From: Candidatus Daviesbacteria bacterium | Lineage (GTDB): Bacteria > Patescibacteriota > Microgenomatia > Daviesbacterales > UBA10151 | Assembly (NCBI GenBank): GCA_016187025.1 | Contig: JACPKM010000002.1 | Span: 1 to 62,956 of the forward strand | Length of the DNA stretch: 62,956 nt | Reading direction: 5' to 3' | Shown: piece after piece, positions 59,187 to 62,956 of the stretch | How positions within the stretch are numbered: position 1 is the first letter of the stretch | How the letters are laid out: the number at the start of each line of letters is the position of its first letter | Position numbers and translations under genes: made by a program | The notes under the pieces: generated by a model | Seen by the model: only the letters and a program-made list of their open reading frames with translations | Told to the model about the DNA's origin: nothing | Database searches by the model: none

Positions 59187-59920
59187 TCAGAGGGTTTATA
59201 AATTACTTTTCTCGCAACTTCGGTTTCGTTACCAGCACTATCTCTTGCTTTAACCGTTAAAATATTTTCTCTATCATTTATAGAAACAGACTGCTGGAAG
59301 TTGCCCTCAGAATCAAGAATAATTTTTTGGGAATTTATAAAAATGTTAGTACCCGGATCAGTTTTACCTTTTACCGTCACTTTTTTATCTCCACCTGTAA
59401 TAGTTTTATTGTCTTCGGGCTCACCAATTTCTAAAGTTGGTTTTTCATTATCATAAAAAACTTTTAATGTTTTAGAGGGGAGGCTTCCATTTTCTTTGTC
59501 ATCTATTGTTTTGCCGTAAATGTTGTTTGTTCCCAAACTTAAATCTATTTTGTCAGTAGTAAAACTGCCATCTGGTTTTGTTTTGGCCTCTATGATTTGT
59601 TTGTCCTCAACGTAAATAGCAACCTTAGAATTGGGTGCAGCATAGCCTTCTATAATAATCTGGGATGAATTTGTAGATTCAAATGGAATAGTTAAAACAG
59701 GAGGAGCAAATAAACTATTATCGGCTGTACTGACTTGGTTTATTTGGTTATTTGGTTTAAGAATACCTGATATTAATCCCAGTGCACCTATAAAATTAGG
59801 TAAAACCCACATAAGTGTTGCATACAAAATTAAAATTATGAAAATAATCGAAAGAGTAAACTTCCTTTTACTTTTCTTAGCTTGGTTGCGGGCTAGACGA
59901 GAGCTATATTTATAAGCCAT
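59183..59920 (-). CDS. Membrane-anchored protein with two bacterial Ig-like domains
   Basis: N-terminal TM; IEGYAAP...GTNNIYG and VKGKTDPG...NILTVKARDSAGNE repeats. ATG at 59920 preferred. Confidence 0.78.
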   Translation of the reverse strand: MAYKYSSRLARNQAKKSKRKFTLSIIFIILILYATLMWVLPNFIGALGLISGILKPNNQINQVSTADNSLFAPPVLTIPFESTNSSQIIIEGYAAPNSKVAIYVEDKQIIEAKTKPDGSFTTDKIDLSLGTNNIYGKTIDDKENGSLPSKTLKVFYDNEKPTLEIGEPEDNKTITGGDKKVTVKGKTDPGTNIFINSQKIILDSEGNFQQSVSINDRENILTVKARDSAGNETEVARKVIYKPSE

Positions 59921-59999
59921 AGATATGAGAATAGTATAGAAACTTAAGCTCATCGATTCAAGAAGAATATTTACAATGTTTTTAGTATAATTTTTATGC

Positions 60000-60087
60000 G
60001 CGGTGGTAGTTCAGAGGGTTCGCTACGCAAGTGCGAACGGGAGTCCTGTGGACTCCCAGGAAGAATGTCTTTTCTGCGAAGCAGGAA
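60000..60087 (+). other. Partial tRNA-Gly 5' half copy with hairpin insertions
   Basis: 60000-60014 is identical to the first 15 nt of the tRNA (60132-60146); AGAATGTCT resumes at 60062; three hairpins; no T-arm or 3' acceptor strand. Confidence 0.7.
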
Positions 60088-60131
60088 TCTGATACAAGAT
60101 ATATCATTCCGACGCACTCTTAATATAATTT

Positions 60132-60206
60132 GCGGTGGTAGTTCAGTGGTAGAATGTCTCCTTCCCAAGGAGAAGGTCGAGGGTTCAAATCCCTTCCACC
60201 GCTCCA
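60132..60206 (+). tRNA. tRNA-Gly(CCC)
   Basis: Acceptor GCGGTGG/CCACCGC, anticodon arm TCTCC-TTCCCAA-GGAGA, T-loop TTCAAAT, discriminator T, encoded CCA. Confidence 0.96.
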
Positions 60207-60357
60207 AACCGGAATGGTTTTGAAATATTCCATTTCTGCCCTTCAAAGCAAGATTTTCTCCAGCTACAGTCCTGAGTGAAATCGAAGGGTTCGAGCCTAA
60301 TTTTTTAGAAGGATTTTGCCAGCTTCAGAAAATTTATACCGGTGAGGAGGTTCGAAC
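60207..60357 (-). pseudogene. Possible degraded C-terminus of a large serine recombinase
   Basis: With one frameshift the minus strand reads KFEP...EAGKILLK/KLGSNP[repeat]...NLALKGRNGIF into the tRNA 3' end. Resemblance to CPR recombinase tails is recalled, not searched. Confidence 0.35.
60270..60288 (+). repeat. 19-bp direct repeat copy 1 (REP-like)
   Basis: TCCTGAGTGAAATCGAAGG, identical to 61992-62010. Confidence 0.85.
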
Positions 60358-60388
60358 TTGTTTCATTTAAGAAATGTACTGGAGGTAG

Positions 60389-61003
60389 CTACACTTCCAC
60401 TAGTTCTACGCCATCATTATTCACAACGAATGCTTGATTGTCATTTAGTTTTTTCAATTTGTACTTATCCCCATATTGGTTGAATATTTTTTCAAGATAA
60501 GAAGTATATTTAGGGTTATCTGCATGAGGTAGGATTACAAAATCTACAAAACTTAGTCCTTCATATGACTTGAGTTCCTTACCAAACTCACCATCGTCAT
60601 ATATCTTGTCTACTTCAATATTGGGACAAGCAAGCAATGACCCAGCGCTTGATCCTACGTATATTTTCCCTTTTTTGACCAGGTCTTTAGCTAATTCAAT
60701 AAATCCACTCTTTTGAGCTTTTTCTAGTAAATAAGAGGTATTGCCTCCCGCTACAAAAATTATGTCTTTATCTAAAAGACTTTTTTCTAATTCATCTCTA
60801 GCTTTGCCTTTTATATCCAACTCTTCAACTTGAAACCCTAAATCAATGAGCTTTTTTCTATCTTCTTCCATCCAGGGTTTTTCTTGGTAAAGGTCTCCAG
60901 CAGTTGGGATAAATGCTACTGTCATTTCTTGGGGAGATTTAGGCAGTAAAGGAATGAGTTTGTCTAAAGTTTTAGATGCAACAGATGTTAGATAAATTAA
61001 CAT
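60389..61003 (-). CDS. Peptidase S51 (PepE-like)
   Basis: AFIPTA, VAGGNT, GSSAG nucleophile elbow, ILPH. Confidence 0.88.
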   Translation of the reverse strand: MLIYLTSVASKTLDKLIPLLPKSPQEMTVAFIPTAGDLYQEKPWMEEDRKKLIDLGFQVEELDIKGKARDELEKSLLDKDIIFVAGGNTSYLLEKAQKSGFIELAKDLVKKGKIYVGSSAGSLLACPNIEVDKIYDDGEFGKELKSYEGLSFVDFVILPHADNPKYTSYLEKIFNQYGDKYKLKKLNDNQAFVVNNDGVELVEV

Positions 61004-61275
61004 TATTTAAATTGAATTTGAAGGGTAGTATTGAGAGCTGCTGCGACTTTTTTAAGCAATGCAATTGAAGGACTTGTCCTTCCTTGCTCTAAACGGGAAA
61101 TAACAGATTGGGTAGTATTCATCCTCTTAGCCAATTCTTTCTGAGTAATTTTATTCTCAATTCGGGCACGAATGATAGCCTTAGCAATTTCAAACTCAGG
61201 TTGTGAATCCTCGTAGAGTTTTTTAAACTCAGGATCTCTTAGTAGTTTTTGTTTATAAGTGTTCCAGTTGGTCAT
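61003..61275 (-). CDS. XRE-family HTH antitoxin (HigA-like)
   Basis: IIRARIENKITQKELAKRMNTTQSVISRLEQG..PSIALL; ATG at 61275 fits the promoter. Confidence 0.88.
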   Translation of the reverse strand: MTNWNTYKQKLLRDPEFKKLYEDSQPEFEIAKAIIRARIENKITQKELAKRMNTTQSVISRLEQGRTSPSIALLKKVAAALNTTLQIQFK

Positions 61276-61281
61276 AAAGTA

Positions 61282-61310
61282 ATGATATCGCAAATTTGCG
61301 ATATTGTCAA
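61282..61310 (-). promoter_or_regulatory. Antitoxin-specific sigma70 promoter with palindromic operator
   Basis: TTGACA-N17-TATCAT, 6 nt before ATG 61275; perfect 20-bp palindrome ATATCGCAAATTTGCGATAT at 61285-61304. Confidence 0.85.
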
Positions 61311-61313
61311 TAA

Positions 61314-61673
61314 TTATTTTCCAATCTTTCTTAGTTTATATTCCTGTAAACGTTCTTCTGTGACTTTAATCTCTTTAGTTGGAGTCTTCTGCTTTTTCTT
61401 TTTAAAACCATGTAAGATAAGGAATATTTTACCTGTTATAGTAACATACAAAATTCTAATGCTATCCGAGCCTAAAATACGATACTCCCATAAATCGGTT
61501 CCGGTAAATTTTTTAATATGAGGATAACCACCTTCTAGCCCAAATGTTTCCAGCAGTTCAAAAGCATGAGCAATTTTTAAATTAGCTTTCTTATCAAGGG
61601 AATCAAAAAACCCTTCAACTGGTTTTTCACCTCTGGCATTTTCATATAACTCAATTTTCCATTTATTATCCAT
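61314..61673 (-). CDS. RelE/ParE-family toxin (HigB/Gp49-like)
   Basis: YENARGEKPVEGF...PHIKKF...LWEYRI...RILY...LHGFKKKKQKTP..EI; toxin precedes antitoxin. Confidence 0.88.
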   Translation of the reverse strand: MDNKWKIELYENARGEKPVEGFFDSLDKKANLKIAHAFELLETFGLEGGYPHIKKFTGTDLWEYRILGSDSIRILYVTITGKIFLILHGFKKKKQKTPTKEIKVTEERLQEYKLRKIGK

Positions 61674-61706
61674 AAAGTTATTATATCTGAAAAGTAATGC
61701 TTATAT

Positions 61707-61915
61707 TCAAACCCGTATCCTATTTGATTTTCCAAAGATCTCTTCAAACATAAAGAAATTCACATCCTTAAGGTAACTTTTAAATTCATCCATTTCTGCA
61801 ATTAATCTTGGAGTGATATAATCGTTAAAGATTCTTTTTATTACGGAGCTAAGGGGTAAGTCTGGATTCCCTTGGAGATACGTTTTGATATAGTCATCGT
61901 GCTCAAATACGCTTG
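61707..61915 (-). pseudogene. Probable 3' gene remnant whose 5' end is replaced by a REP-like hairpin
   Basis: The first ~21 codons of the 61707..61979 ORF translate the repeat (SDPSTTSDALSTSSLRA); the rest looks protein-like but has no identifiable family. Confidence 0.35.
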
Positions 61916-61978
61916 CCCTGAGCGAACTTGTACTGAGAGCATCCGAAGTAGTCGAAGGGTCCGAGACAAGTACGCTCA
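61916..61978. repeat. Nested REP-like hairpin
   Basis: TGAGCG-A-ACTTGT ... ACAAGT-A-CGCTCA stem enclosing CTGAG...GTCGAAGGG. Confidence 0.65.
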
Positions 61979-61991
61979 CCAGCTCTTACAA

Positions 61992-62010
61992 TCCTGAGTG
62001 AAATCGAAGG
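61992..62010 (+). repeat. 19-bp direct repeat copy 2 (REP-like)
   Basis: Identical to 60270-60288. Confidence 0.85.
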
Positions 62011-62054
62011 ACAATCAACAGTTATAAACACAAATGTACATAAAATAACAACAG

Positions 62055-62648
62055 ATGAGAAGAATAGTACTTTTTTCAACACCAACAGAAAATAATATTA
62101 GTAAGGTTTTGGGTCTCGTTTTCCCAGAAGAGATAAAAAACAAAGTATTTGCATATATGCCCAGTGATGGCGAGAATTGTCCTCAAAAATATAGAGATGA
62201 ATGGAAGGGACATGCAGAAAAGCACAATGCTAAATTCAGATATATTGATAATTCAGTTGAAAATGCTACTGAGGAAGTAGATAAACTATTGGGGTCAAAT
62301 ATTCTAATAATCACTGGAGGGAACACATTTAAACTACTGAACAATTTAAAAAAGTCAGGATTAGATAAAGCAGTACAAGAATTTTCAAAAAAGCCTGAGT
62401 TTGTACTGGTAGGATTTAGTGCTGGAGCGTTAGTCTTAACACCTACTATCGAAGTATGCAATTTACCTAATTACGACAAAAATGAAGTTGGGTTGAAAGA
62501 TCTCACAGGCCTAGGTATTATAGATTTTGAAGTTTTTCCTCACTATTTAGAACAAGAACACAGAAATTTACTCGATAAATATAAGTCGCAAGCTAAAAAC
62601 AAAGTCAAGGAGATTACAAATGAAGATTGTTTGGTTATAGATTTATAA
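62055..62648 (+). CDS. Second peptidase S51 (PepE-like)
   Basis: FAYMPSDG, ITGGNTF, GFSAG, VFPHY. Confidence 0.88.
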   Translation: MRRIVLFSTPTENNISKVLGLVFPEEIKNKVFAYMPSDGENCPQKYRDEWKGHAEKHNAKFRYIDNSVENATEEVDKLLGSNILIITGGNTFKLLNNLKKSGLDKAVQEFSKKPEFVLVGFSAGALVLTPTIEVCNLPNYDKNEVGLKDLTGLGIIDFEVFPHYLEQEHRNLLDKYKSQAKNKVKEITNEDCLVIDL

Positions 62649-62720
62649 AACTGTCTATTTTTAGACGTTCCTTAAGAATTTTTAACTGAAGAACTAATTC
62701 TTGAGTGATATAATTTGATA

Positions 62721-62754
62721 GGTTCGAGCGAAGTACGGTCACCCGCTCGTAACC
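62721..62754 (+). other. Hairpin / degenerate tRNA-Gly-like 3' fragment
   Basis: GGTT-CGAGCG-N13-CGCTCG-T-AACC; contains GGTTCGA...TCACCCGCTC; TGATATAAT at 62706-62714. Confidence 0.45.
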
Positions 62755-62817
62755 GGACTTGTTTTAGAAATTCTGCCAACTTGTCCTCAAAAATAATCTT
62801 TTCTCTGTTTCAATCCT

Positions 62818-62956
62818 CCTGACTTCGCCAATTACGTACCCCAATTGAGTTTTGCAAGCTTGAGAAGGTCTTTGGTTTCCTGATCTTCCACCTCACTATA
62901 TTTAGAAATCCGTTCTCCACTGGCGTTATTTTCCACAATCACTTCTTTTATTTGAT
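62818..62956 (-). mobile_element. Possible right end of an IS1634-like element (transposase C-terminus plus terminal IR)
   Basis: Minus ORF >62954..62832 (QIKEVIVENNASGERISKYSEVEDQETKDLLKLAKLNWGT*) abuts CCTGACTTCGCCAA (62818-62831). Family assignment is from recalled terminal style only. Confidence 0.35.

Noticed and set aside
59971-60246. ORFs 59971..60246 (-) and 59996..60223 (+)
   Set aside because: They overlap tRNA-Gly and its partial copy; ERWKGFEPST is the typical antisense translation of a tRNA.
60337-60358. Minus-strand GTTCGAACCTCCTCACCGGTA resembling a tRNA-Leu 3' end
   Set aside because: The T-stem does not pair on either strand; it is equally explained as the FEP codons of the recombinase-like relic.
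61249-62085. ORFs 61249..61521 (+) and 61903..62085 (-)
   Set aside because: They are antisense to higBA or are translations of the repeat cluster.
585-62461. About 40 short ORFs from the track nested in or antisense to long genes (e.g. 3039..3335, 38269..38976, 35707..36126)
   Set aside because: They are shadow ORFs of well-supported genes with no motifs or initiation signals.
1-62956. CRISPR array, rRNA, or alternative genetic code (TGA=Gly)
   Set aside because: No regular repeat-spacer array or rRNA motifs; conserved genes end at TGA with tight ATGA overlaps.

Overview
AT-rich 63 kb window using genetic code 11 (TGA acts as stop). Gene content, reduced Mur enzymes and a lack of Shine-Dalgarno leaders fit a Patescibacteria (CPR) genome, probably Microgenomates (inference). 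Five blocks: (1) 1-29.4 kb, a surface-glycan locus that starts upstream of the window, with 12 soluble GT2/GT4 enzymes, five GT-C-type membrane glycosyltransferases, a Wzx flippase, a Wzy_C ligase/polymerase, two SAM methyltransferases, an acyltransferase, a priming phosphoglycosyltransferase and a DUF4012 protein. (2) recO-glyQS. (3) A dcw cluster (mraZ to ftsZ) with inserted nucleotide-metabolism genes, a truncated murB and divergent mraY/murE motifs. (4) ileS-rodA-rplU-rpmA-parB and lepB, followed by a second small glycan module between tRNA-Val(CAC) and tRNA-Gly(CCC). (5) A decayed accessory region after tRNA-Gly with two S51 peptidases, a HigBA-like pair, REP-like hairpins and probable recombinase and IS remnants. 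Most notable: a recurrent [AS][TS]xSA motif confined to extracytoplasmic segments (candidate O-glycosylation sequon), pervasive leaderless promoter architecture, a duplicated tRNA-Gly 5' half with hairpins in its D-loop, and an antitoxin-specific promoter with a perfect 20-bp operator that also drives a peptidase. All family calls come from motif recognition by eye; no database searches were run.
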